From the NCBI RefSeq assembly GCF_036588685.1, contig NC_086385.1, positions 2,914,001 through 2,978,000 on the forward strand: a DNA stretch of 64,000 nt, read 5' to 3'. Of the stretch, positions 1-11,770 are shown piece by piece (position 1 is the first letter of the stretch; every line of letters begins with the position of its first letter). A program made the position numbers and the translations under genes. Source of the stretch: Mytilus trossulus (taxonomy: Eukaryota). A model generated the notes under the pieces. That model was not told the origin of the DNA. It did no database searches and saw nothing but the letters and a program-made list of their open reading frames with translations.

Positions 1-129
1 ACAGCAGGCGCAAAATAGTCGTTGCAAAGAATTGTAACCTTTAAAATTGTTGTCGCGCACTAAAACCCCCATGGGCACTTTCAAAAGTTGGCAGGTATGC
101 AACAGTTGTATTTTCAACACTGTAGGCAG

Positions 130-660
130 ACATATCCGCCTCAAATTTGAATACAAAGAATATGATATAAAATGTGCACAACATTGTAAATATCTAGGTG
201 TGTATTTAAGTGCTTCGGGTAAATTCTACTTTGCTCAGAATGAATCATACAAGAAAGATTAAAAGGCATATTTTAAACTTAGAAAAAAATTATTATCTCT
301 AAATCCTAAATAGTTTATACATGTTTTTGATCATAATATAAAGCTTATTCTTCTTTGTGGAAGTGAAATTTCAGGAGCTCATTCAATCCCTTGATATATA
401 TAGCAAAATTTGGGGATATGGAAACCACTTAATTTGCATTGATAAATTTTATTCAAATTTAACTTGTGAAAAGCTACACAGAAAATTTTGTAAATTAATT
501 CTGGATGTGCACAAAAAAAAAACACAATTTTTGCAGCCTTATGAGTCGGTTTCCACTGTACCTTGAATTTAAGTTAAGTCTATTTTGAATTATTGGTCTA
601 CACTAGAAAATTTTAAAAGACTCATTTTCTTTAATGCAAGATGCATACCAGCATTCAAAA
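130..660 (+). pseudogene. Degraded LINE RT C-terminal fragment
   Basis: Frameshifted pieces 'KYLGVYLSASGKF', 'FDHNIKLILL', 'CEKLHRKFCKLILDVHKK' and 'LNYW' match the post-RT region of invertebrate LINE ORF2, and resemble the fragment at 14969-15510. Confidence 0.7.
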
Positions 661-1815
661 ACTTTAATTTCACAGTATTAATCGTCCTCCAAACCGTAGA
701 CTATGCCAGAAATGTAGAATTCTGGTAATCTAGATAATGAAGTTCATTTTCAATATAACTACATGTAACACAGACATTATTTCTGAATCATGTTCTAATT
801 TCATTAATTTTAATTCGTAAGAGAAATTGCTAAGGATGTTGTCTTGTGATAACTCAACTGTATTAAAAGAGTTGTGCATATTCCTGGTAAAACTCTGCAA
901 ATAGCAGATTTATATTCCATGTTTCGCTAAATTAGCTATTGCTTTGATTTAAAAAAAAAAAAAAAATTGTTAATTTTCTCGATTTATTTTATTCATCTGC
1001 TTCTGAAACGGGGAGGATTGTTGTTATTGTCTATCGCCATCAACAGTATATCCTTGAGCACCGTCTCTTGGTCTCTTCTGCAGATGAAAATAATCCGTCT
1101 TTATAGATAATAATTTAAGTCTGTTCAAACTTTACTTTTGACATAGAAATAATAATGGTAATAAGGAAGGAAGGAAAAAAGGTACTTTTAATGTATTTTC
1201 TTATTAATGCTTTTTTCATTTGTCTATAATTATAATATCTGTCGCGTTATACAATAAACAATGTCTCATGTTTGTTGCTTATACTATCATTATTGGTAAA
1301 TACCCCCTGTCATGCCTTGTGAGACCCTGATTGGAAAAATAAAATATTTGATTTGTATTCAAATTTTAACGTCGGTATCAATAAATATTTACGCGAAATA
1401 TGCAACTTACTACCATTGTCATAAACTCTAAATAGTTGAAAAGAAATTGATAAAACATATTTATAACCGCTAACCGAGCCCCTATTGCCGTGAGACAACC
1501 TCAACAAACAGTTATGGATACAAATATGGATATTTGTATGAATTGACGGACCGGTCTTCCTTTAAAAGTTACGGTCATCCTTTACAAATTACGGTCATCT
1601 TTTAGCCAATTATGGTCAGCCTTGTTATGAATCGCTGATCCTGTTACGGTCATCTCGATTAGGATTTACAGTCATCTTAGCGATTTTTTCAAACCCAATT
1701 TCAACTTTCATACACATTTCTCGGTAGTTATTTGTTGATTCCATGTGAATCTTTTATATATTTACATCGTACCAATGTATGCTTTGTAAAGAAAATGATA
1801 TAATTACACTTAAAC

Positions 1816-3928
1816 CATACCTGTCAACTGACCCGTATTCTGCGGGTGTGACCCGAGATTTTCACAATTATGAGGGATCACCGGGTCATCCGCCGGGTCA
1901 TTGAAATAACCAGGGAATTCCGAAAATGACCTGATTTCACCAGTATTACTTCTAAGGCCTAAATTAAAATATTGTTTGTTTGCCCTTTTCCGACCCTATG
2001 TTTTGCAACAGGATAGGTAGGTAGGTAAAATATTTTATTTTTTTCCCCAAAAAAATAACTTGGCTCGGTATATTATTTGTCATGGGTAGGCAGGTACATG
2101 TAGGTATAATATTTTATTTTATAGATACAAACTCTGCATAATGTCATTTGTGTCCGTTTTGTTTTTGCAAATTAGTTTTCTGGGACTATTTGTTAAAAAA
2201 AAAATATCACGTAGAATGTGAAGCTATTCATATGCACAGTACTATTTTGTTTTCAAATATCAAAATATAGAGCTGTGCCGCATATCTTCAACGTTTATAT
2301 GCCTGGAACTTTGAAGAGTTTGAACTTGCACTTATATTCTGTACTACGTACCTTGTATGCTTACTTTAAGATTTTCTGTAAAAGATAACTTTGTACTGAT
2401 AAGATATGTCCGGGCAGACATACATTACTAGTAGAAAAAGTCCCTTGAGTGTTAGAAACATCGTGTGTGCCTTTGTTTCCAATAAAAATGCTACAAGACT
2501 TAAAACTCTGACAATTGTCACGTATTTTACTTCGCATTAATAAATGATCTGTATGGTAAACTTGGCGATTTTACTGCCAGATATTCTCCACTTTACAGGG
2601 TTTTGTCTCTTTTGATTCATATCAGATATAAATTATATAGCGGCATCGTTAACATAATCATCCTGATCTGCGGATCACAAAAGGCAATCCCTACATAGAA
2701 TACAACGTCCGTTTACAAATTAGTTTTTACACACGTTGATAATTTTGTATCAAACGAACTTATTTGTAAATGAACCCTGCTCTTTAAGTATAAAGGTACA
2801 GAGTAGCGTACGTCATATCATGATTTCAGGAAGCGTTCACATGCTGAACATCGATATCAAACAAATGCTTTGAAACTTCAAATGCAAGTGTTCGTGTCAT
2901 ACGCTCAGGTGATACCAAACGGACTGGACATTATACGCTGAAGATAAAACCCGAGAATTCCGGATAAAATAGTTTTGAGCGGGAAATACAAATATAAGAT
3001 TTTTGGTAGGAACGAAAAAATAAAATAAAATAAAATCTTGCTGGTAAATACAAATAAAAGATTTTCAGGCGCAACGAATTTATAGGGTCGGTCGGTGAAG
3101 GGCAAACAATCAATATTTTAATTTAAGCCTTAGCCTTGAGATTGATTTCCTTTGAAATACCGGCAAATTCGTAATTCTTCCATGAACAGGAAGTTCATCT
3201 AGCTATGTAAACTGTCAAATTAAGTGATCCATTAAGTGCATGGCTTCACTTGACAGCTTTGGTGTCAAACACACTGTTAATTAACACCAATTACCTTAGC
3301 TTTAGGTTGTAGGTTTACAAAAATATTTCAACTTAGTAGAGTTACTTCCCCTTATTTGTCACCATTAAGAATTATTCCAAATAGTTACGTTTTATGGGTG
3401 AAAAAGATAAAATCATTAAAAATATAAAATTCAAATACATATTGGAAAATAACTTTGCATTATTTTTATATCTTTATACATTTTTTTTTTTAAAGTTGAA
3501 AATTATTTTTTACATTTATCATGTTTATACCTCCTTTAACTGTATTACTATATTTTATCACTTTCTAATTTCCTTCTTATACATGTGATGGAACTTTAAA
3601 AAGCTACATAGCCTGTAGTTTCAAACATTTTAAAATTACATATGTAAAATAAATTTTAGTATTTGATAATCACAAAAAGTAAAAAAAATAAGACTGTGTT
3701 ACATAAAATTATAAAAATCTTTTAAATGAAATGAATTAATAAGATTTAAAATGACTTAACCAAGTGAACATGCATTGATGTTTTGGTATCTTTGATATAC
3801 ATTATAAGAAAATGTACCATAAATACTGAAATTCAGCTCGAAAAAGTTTGTACGCGTTATGACCTGAGATTTGATTCTTCAATGCAGGTCATGACCTGCA
3901 TTTTCATCGTCACAGGTTGACAGGTATG
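1816..3928. mobile_element. Non-autonomous hAT-like DNA transposon
   Basis: TIR CATACCTGTCAAC / GTTGACAGGTATG; perfect 8-bp TSD ACTTAAAC at 1808-1815 and 3929-3936. Confidence 0.85.
1955..3130. mobile_element. Non-autonomous TIR element nested in the hAT-like element
   Basis: ~40-bp imperfect TIRs AGGCCTAAATTAAAATATTGTTTGTTTGCCCTT / AAGGGCAAACAATCAATATTTTAATTTAAGCCT, flanked by TA on both sides. Confidence 0.8.
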
Positions 3929-4134
3929 ACTTAAACAGACAATACAAATATTGACCTAATTTTTCATCCGACATCTTGGGATGACCGTGAATGCAGTTAC
4001 GGTCATCAGCTTTACCACAGTGAATACAGAGTTGGTCATTTAACTTATGTCTTCCCCTATTCTTGCTTTTTTCTGCACTTTATGACAAATCTTCATTTTA
4101 AAATGTGTCTGTTGTAGATCAGTAATTACTGTAC

Positions 4135-4322
4135 CTATTATTTGGCTGAGTAATTCCCATTCCTCTGAACTGAGTGTTGCCTTGAGTTGATCTTTATGAT
4201 CCCGGATAGACTGGACAAAACCACCTTTGTATTCCCCGTCTACGAAGTCTTCAATAGCCCTGGGTACAGTATAGAGTATAATAAAGGCTGCCTGTAAAAG
4301 GTTGTCTTCCTCTGATAATATT
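4135..4322 (-). CDS. Candidate coding exon, weakly DZIP3-type HEPN-like
   Basis: Stop-free ILSEEDNLLQAAFIILYTVPRAIEDFVDGEYKGGFVQSIRDHKDQLKATLSSEEWELLSQII between acceptor TTTACAG and donor AG|GTACAG. The family resemblance is by eye only. Confidence 0.35.
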
Positions 4323-5965
4323 CTGTAAATATAGAATATCTGTAATAACTTGTTATGTTAAGGAGGAGGTGTGCTGAGAAACTTGTTGAAGTGTGATAAA
4401 ATATCTCTGAGAAATTCCACAATATTATTGATGTAAATTTAGACAATGGATTGATTTGTTTTCGATTCTTTCAAATTATGTGGTGTTTTGAGATCCTAGA
4501 AACTGTCTTAAATTTTTAACATAAATCTAAAATGTGTACTTCACTTCGTCTTCTCAACAAAATACTGTTATAAACGGTTCATCAAACTTGTCGTATATTC
4601 TACGGTTGATTTAATGATTTGGAAAACAAAACTTTGTGATCTTTCACTACAGAAGGTTTTTACTACATTAATCATGTTAATTGTTCAGTTTTTAACCAAC
4701 ATATTAAATCACTGGTATATATTAAAACAACTTACGGTTGAGATTCAATCGACGGGATATGTGTACTTCTCCTCCCTTCAAATTCTGTAATAAAAATAAT
4801 AATACATCATACATGTCATACTTATTATTTAGTTCTACAAAGTTACTTATTACTTGTAACATCTCATGAATCAAGAAAATATATATTGAAATTCCTTTCT
4901 TGATCATATATCATTTGCCAAAAAAAAATATATATATAACAAAATCTTTATAGCCATAAATAGAATAAACAAAATACTAAGCTCTGATAGAAAATAGAGC
5001 CATTGTTTCCATTGATAATAGTATTCTCTCCAAAACAATAATTTTAAAACTGCAAATGTATTTGACTCAATCTTATTATATATTTTCAACAACAAGAAAT
5101 AATTTTAATGAACTGTTGACACAAAGACATGTCTCGACTGTCGGCATAAAATTTAGAAAAAAGACCATTTAATGGGCAGCTCCATTACTAAGTAAGACAA
5201 AGTCCCTAATTTCTACTATCATTATTTCTGTTATTTCTTACTCATCATACTTTATAGGCCGCACCCCTGTATGGCAGGTTAAATTTAGGAGAATAAAACC
5301 GCGGACTATAGAAGACTTAAGTCGGTAGCTGGCAGAGCTTTGTAATAGTCGTCAAACTGATATGTACTGATAGTAAAAAGTAAAATCACAAAAATACTGA
5401 ACTCAGAGGAAAATCAATTCGGAAAATCCATAATCACATGGCAAAATCAAATAACAAAACGCATCAAAAACGAATGGACAAGAACTGTCATATTCCTGAC
5501 TTGGTACAGGTATTTTCAAATGTAGAAAATTTTTATGCAACTGTATGTATTTAAATCATTTATTTATCGCAAGTAGTTCATATAAAACTATTTTGAGCAA
5601 AAAACCTATTATTAGAAATTGCAAATTAAAAAAAAGTCACTGAACCATGGCCAGAGGACAGGGCTTAAACATAGTCGTCAATCTGATATGTATTTATAGC
5701 AATGAAACTTCACACACAATATCATTGATCTACCACCAGTAGTTCCTATCAAACTTACTTAAGCAGAAAACTTAACATTTAAATGTTCTAATTAATTCAA
5801 ATATCTATTCCATGAAAATTGTTGGTGTAAAATGAAATAAAAGTTTTAGAGGAGAAGATTTTAAAGATTTGTTTTAGATGTCCTCAAGCTGAAAAATGAA
5901 ATTGTTGTATTGACTCAAACTAAATCTGTTTGTATTCATAAAGAAAAAATAACATGAATAAATAC

Positions 5966-6280
5966 CTGTCTTAGAACTAGATATTGACTGTAAATCTGTC
6001 GGACTATTTTGAGACGAATCTGTGTCTGCCTCATCTACTGATTGGACCACATCTTCACCATATTCTGTCATTCTTATCTGAGAACAGTCTACGGTGTCTG
6101 CCTCATCGTCTGACTGGACTTCATCTTTACGACACTCTGTCATTCTTATCTGAGAACAGTCTACGGTGTCTGCCTCATCTACTGACTGGACCACGTCTTC
6201 ACCAGATTCTGTCATTCCCAACAGAGACCCCTCAATGTTGTCTCTCTCGTATACTGAATGGACAAACTGCATATATGGCT
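5966..6280 (-). CDS. Candidate exon with three 60-bp acidic repeats
   Basis: Open frame with three MTExxEDVVQSVDEADT(VDCSQIR)-type units; donor CAG|GTATT at 5966, possible acceptor CTTACAG at 6281. Confidence 0.35.
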
Positions 6281-6519
6281 CTGTAAGTTTGGGTTAGGAT
6301 ATCCATGTTTTCTATATTCAAATAAAAATTCAAGATTACCATGATATCAGATAAATTAACTCAAAAGTTTACGACTTATATGATGACTTCATGGACTAAG
6401 TATATTTGATGAATACAAGAGGATGTGGGTATTTGATGAATACAAGAGGATGTGGGTATTTGTCTATGAGACAGCAACCCAATGACACAAATAATTAAAA
6501 TATCTAGAGGGCAAGTGAT

Positions 6520-9500
6520 GTCTTGGTTCTCTAGCATGTCTAGACTAGGTAACTAAAAACACAAGTGAACAGCCGACTTGGTCCTCTAGCATATGTCTAG
6601 ACTAGGTGAGCTAAAAAAACAAGTGAATAGTCGACTTGGTCCTCTAGCATATCTAGGTCAGGTGAGCTAAAAAACAAGTGAACATCCAACTTGGTCCTCT
6701 AGCATGTCTAGGCAAGGTGAGCTAAACAATCAAGTGACTAGATCACTTGATCATCTAGCATGTCTAGACTAGGTGAGCTAAAAAAACAAGTGAACAGCCG
6801 ACTTGGTCCTCTAGCATGTCTAGGTCAGGTGAGCTAAACAATCAAGTGACTAGATCACTTGATCATCTAGCATGTCTAGGCCAGGTGAGCTAAACAATTA
6901 AGTGAACAGCCGACTTGGTCCTCTAGCATGTCTAGACTAGGTGAGCTAAAAAAACAAGTGAACAGCCGACTTGGTCCTCTAGCATGTCTAGACTAGGTGA
7001 GCTAAAAAATCAAGTGAACAGCCGACTTAGTCCTCTAGCATGTCTAGGTCAGGTGAGCTAAACAATCAAGTGACTAGATCACTTGATCATCTAGAATGTC
7101 TAGGCCAGGTGAGCTAAACAATCAGGTGACTAGATCACTTGATCATCTAGCATGTCTAGGCCAGGTGAGCTAAACAATCAGGTGACTAGATCACTTGATC
7201 ATCTAGCATGTCTTAGGTCAGGTGAGCTAAACAATTAAGTGAATAGATCACTTGATCATCTAGCATGTCTAGGCCAGGTGAGCTAAACAATTAAGTGACT
7301 AGATCACTTGATCATCTAGCATGTCTAGGCCATGTGAGCTAAACAATCAAGTGAAAAGCCCATGGTCCTCTGGCATGTCTAGGTCAGGTGAGCTATACAA
7401 TCAAGTGAATAGTCTATTGGTCCTCTGGCATGTCTAGGTCAGGTGAGCTATACAATCAAGTGAACAGCCGACTTGGTCCTCTAGCATGTGTCTAGACTAG
7501 GCGAGCTAAAAAAACAAGTGAATAGTCCACTCGGTCCTCTAGCATATGTCTAGACTAGGTGAGCTAAACAATTAAGTGAATAGTCCACTCGGTCCTCTAG
7601 CATGGCTAAGACAGGTGTGCTAAACAATCAAGTGAATAGTCCACTTGGTTCTCTAGCATGTCTAGGCCAGGTGAGCTAAACAATCAAGTGAATAGCTCTC
7701 TTGGTCCTCTAGCATGTCTAGGCCAAGTGAGTTACACAATCAAGTGCAGTCCACTTGGTCCTCTATCATGTCTGAGACAGGTGTGCTAAACAATCAAGTG
7801 AATGGCTCTCTTGGTCCTCTAGCATGTCATGCATGTCTAGGTCAGGTGAGCTAAACAATCAAGTGAATAGTCTATTGGTCCTCTAGCATGTCTAGGTCAG
7901 GTGAGCTATACAATCAAGTGAATAGTCTATTGGTCCTCTGGCATGTCTAGGCCAGGTGAGCTATACAATCAAGTGAATAGTCTATTGGTCCTCTGGCATG
8001 TCTAGGTCAGGTGAGCTATACAATCAAGTGAATAGTCTATTGGTTCTCTGGCATGTCTAGGTCAGGTGAGCTATACAATCAAGTGAATAGTCTATTGGTT
8101 CTCTGGCATGTCTAGGTCAGGTGAGCTATACAATCAAGTGAATAGTCTATTGGTCCTCTAGCATGTCTAGGCCAAGAGAGCTATACAATCAAGTGAATAT
8201 TCCACGGTCCTCTGGCATGTCTAGGTCAGGTGAGCTATACAATCAAGTGAATAGTCTATTGGTTCTCTGGCATGTCTAGGCCAGGTGAGCTATACAATCA
8301 AGTGAATAGTCTATTGGTCCTCTAGCATGTCTAGGCCAAGTGAGATAAACAATCAAGTGAATAGTCTATTGGTTCTCTGCCATGTCTAGGCCAGGTGAGC
8401 TAAACAATCAAGTGAATAGTCTATTGGTTCTCTGGCATGTCTAGGCCAGGTGTGCTTTACAATCAAGTGAATAGTCTATTGGTCCTCTAGCATGTCTAGG
8501 CCAAGTGAGATAAACAATCAAGTGAATAGTCTATTGGTTCTCTGGCATGTCTAGGCCAGGTGAGCTATACAATCAAGTGAATATTCTATTGGTTCTCTGG
8601 CATGTCTAAGCCAGGTGAGCTATACAATCAAGTGAATAGTCTATTGGTTCTCTGGCATGTCTAGGCCAGGTGAGCTATACAATCAAGTGAATAGTCTATT
8701 GGTCCTCTGGCATGTCTAGGCCAGGTGAGCTATACAATCAAGTGAATAGTCTATTGGTTCTCTGGCATGTCTAGGCCAGGTGAGCTATACAATCAAGTGA
8801 ATAGTCTATTGGTCCTCTAGCATGTCTAGGCCAAGTGAGATAAACAATCAAGTGAATAGTCTATTGGTTCTCTGGCATGTCTAGGTCAGGTGAGCTATAC
8901 AATCAAGTGAATATTCTATTGGTTCTCTGGCATGTCTAGGCCAGGTGAGCTATACAATCAAGTGAATAGTCTATTGGTTCTCTGGCATGTCTAGGTCAGG
9001 TGAGCTATACAATCAAGTGAATAGCCCACAGTCCTCTGGCATGTCTAGGTCAGGTGAGCTATACAATCAAGTGAATAGCCCACGGTCCTCTGGCATGTCT
9101 AGGTCAGGTGAGCTATACAATCAAGTGAATAGCCCACGGTCCTCTGGCATGTCTAGGTCAGGTGAGCTATACAATCAAGTGAATAGTCTATTGGTCCTCT
9201 GGCATGTCTAGGTCAGGTGAGCTATACAATCAAGTGAATAGTCCACGGTCCTCTGGCATGTCTAGGTCAGGTGAGATAAACAATCAAGTGAATAGCCCAC
9301 GGTCCTCTGGATGTCTAGGCCAGGTGAGCTATACAATCAAGTGAATAGTCTATTGGTTCTCTGGCATGTCTAGGTCAGGTGAGCTATACAATCAAGTGAA
9401 TATTCTATTGGTTCTCTGGCATGTCTAGGCCAGGTGAGCTATACAATCAAGTGAATAGTCTATTGGTTCTCTGGCATGTCTAGGTCAGGTGAGCTATACA

Positions 9501-10462
9501 ATCAAGTGAATAGCCCACAGTCCTCTGGCATGTCTAGGTCAGGTGAGCTATACAATCAAGTGAATAGCCCACGGTCCTCTGGCATGTCTAGGTCAGGTGA
9601 GCTATACAATCAAGTGAATAGCCCACGGTCCTCTGGCATGTCTAGGTCAGGTGAGCTATACAATCAAGTGAATAGTCTATTGGTCCTCTGGCATGTCTAG
9701 GTCAGGTGAGCTATACAATCAAGTGAATAGTCCACGGTCCTCTGGCATGTCTAGGTCAGGTGAGATAAACAATCAAGTGAATAGCCCACGGTCCTCTGGC
9801 ATGTCTAGGCCAGGTGAGCTATACAATCAAGTGAATAGTCTATTGGTCCTCTAGCATGTCTAGGCCAGGTGAGCTATACAATCAAGTGAATAGCCCACGG
9901 TCCTCTGGCATGTCTAGGCCAGGTGAGCTATACAATCAAGTGAATAGTCTATTGGTCCTCTAGCATGTCTAGGTCAGGTGAGCTATACAATTAAGTGAAT
10001 AGTCTATTGGTTCTCTGGCATGTCTAGGTCAGGTGAGCTATACAATCAAGTGAATAGTCTATTGGTTCTCTGGCATGTCTAGGTCAGGTGAGCTATACAA
10101 TTAAGTGAATAGTCTATTGGTCCTCTGGCATGTCTAGGTCAGGTGAGCTATACAATCAAGTGAATAGTCTATTGGTTCTCTGGCATGTCTAGGCCAGGTG
10201 AGCTATACAATTAAGTGAATAGTCTATTGGTCCTCTAGCATGTCTAGGTCAGGTGAGCTATACAATCAAGTGAATAGTCTATTGGTTCTCTGGCATGTCT
10301 AGGTCAGGTGAGCTATACAATCAAGTGAATAGTCTATTGGTTCTCTGGCATGTCTAGGTCAGGTGAGCTATACAATCAAGTGAATAGTCTATTGGTCCTC
10401 TGGCTTGTCTAGGCCAGGTGAGCTATACAATCAAGTGAATAGTCTATTGGTTCTCTGGCATG
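6520..10462. repeat. 55-bp tandem satellite, about 70 units
   Basis: Unit GGTCCTCTGGCATGTCTAGGTCAGGTGAGCTATACAATCAAGTGAATAGTCTATT, with 54-bp variants. The left part is more diverged. Confidence 0.97.
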
Positions 10463-10907
10463 TGTATGTAACATTATGCACATAGGAAAAATAACAGACC
10501 ACCGGCCAAATCTCTTTGACAATTGTATTTTCCTCTTTTAAACAAGACGAAACAAGTCTACAGATTATGTTTGCTAACATCCCGTTGGAAACAAAAACAA
10601 TGTTTAGACCTAGTATTTCATACATCCAGCCGTAATGGCGTTATCACATGTTAGTCACATGTTTCACGTATGACCGGAAATGGTTAGAACTTTAGGACAA
10701 AAATAATTTTAATAAATAACTGGACTTCTGTTTCGTGTGAAATGTAACGCATAACGGCAACGTAATTTTCTTACTTAATTATTAAGAAGATCAAAACAAG
10801 AATGTAAATCATCTCAGATTTACCTGTTTGAACATCTCGCGAGAGTTCATATTTGCATATTGTTTTTTAAGAATTCTATTACAACAAAGCAGATTACATC
10901 ATCTAAA

Positions 10908-11770
10908 AATTTGTAAGGGTTCCGCGGAACCCAGTGTCTCGCCTACTTTTGCTGTAAATCGCAGGCGCAACAAAAATGAGGTAAAAATCAAAAAAAATAT
11001 TCCTCTTGATACTATCTTATGATTGTAAGAAGCTCCTGTCCAAGTTTGGTAAAAATCTAGGATAGTTAATGAATCTAATAAATGTTTTGAAAACTTTAAC
11101 TGCCGACTGTATGTAACTTGAAGAAAATCTAAGTCCATTTAAAAGTAAAATACAGAAAAAATGGAGTTATCTTTTTACAAAATTTACTTCTGGATACTAT
11201 CTTATGATCATAAAGAAGCTTCTGTCCAAGTTTGGTACAAACACAGGATAGTTTAAGAAAGTTATTAAAGTTTTAAAACCTTTAACCACAGAGTGAATGT
11301 AATGTTTGCCTGCAGAAAAACTAAGTCCATTTAAAAGTAAAATTTGGAAAAAATGGATTTTTTTTTACAAAATTTACTTCTGGATACTATCTTATGATCA
11401 TAAATAAGCTTCTGTCCAAGTTCAGTACAAATCCAGGATAGTTTAAGAAAGTTATTAAAATTTTAAAAACTTTAACCACAGAGTGAATGTAATGTTTGCC
11501 TGCAGAAAAACTAAGTCCATTTAGTAAAATACGGAAAAAATGGATTTTTATTTTTTCAAAATTTACTTCTGGATACTATCATATGATCATAAACAAGCTT
11601 CTGTCCAAGTTTGGTAGAAATCAAGTATAGTTTAAGAAAGTTATTAAAATTTCAAAAACTTTAACCACAGAGTGAATATTTGTGGACGCCGCCGACGACG
11701 ACGCCGACACGGACGGAAAGTAGGATCGCTTAGTCTCGCTTTTTCGACTAAAGTCGAAGGCTCGACAAAA
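10908..11770 (-). mobile_element. Helentron-associated (HINE / pearl-type) non-autonomous element
   Basis: Terminal palindrome GGGTTCCGCGGAACCC, subterminal IR (GTCTCGCCT vs AGGCTCGAC), hairpin TTCGACTAAAGTCGAA, (GAC/GCC)n microsatellite, ~190-bp core repeats (AAGTCCATTT at 11131, 11323, 11513), T-rich flanks. Confidence 0.85.

Noticed and set aside
6520-10462. CRISPR-like array, or the MSRSGELYNQVNSP ORFs
   Set aside because: No unique spacers, no cas genes, eukaryotic context; the ORFs arise from 54-bp unit variants.
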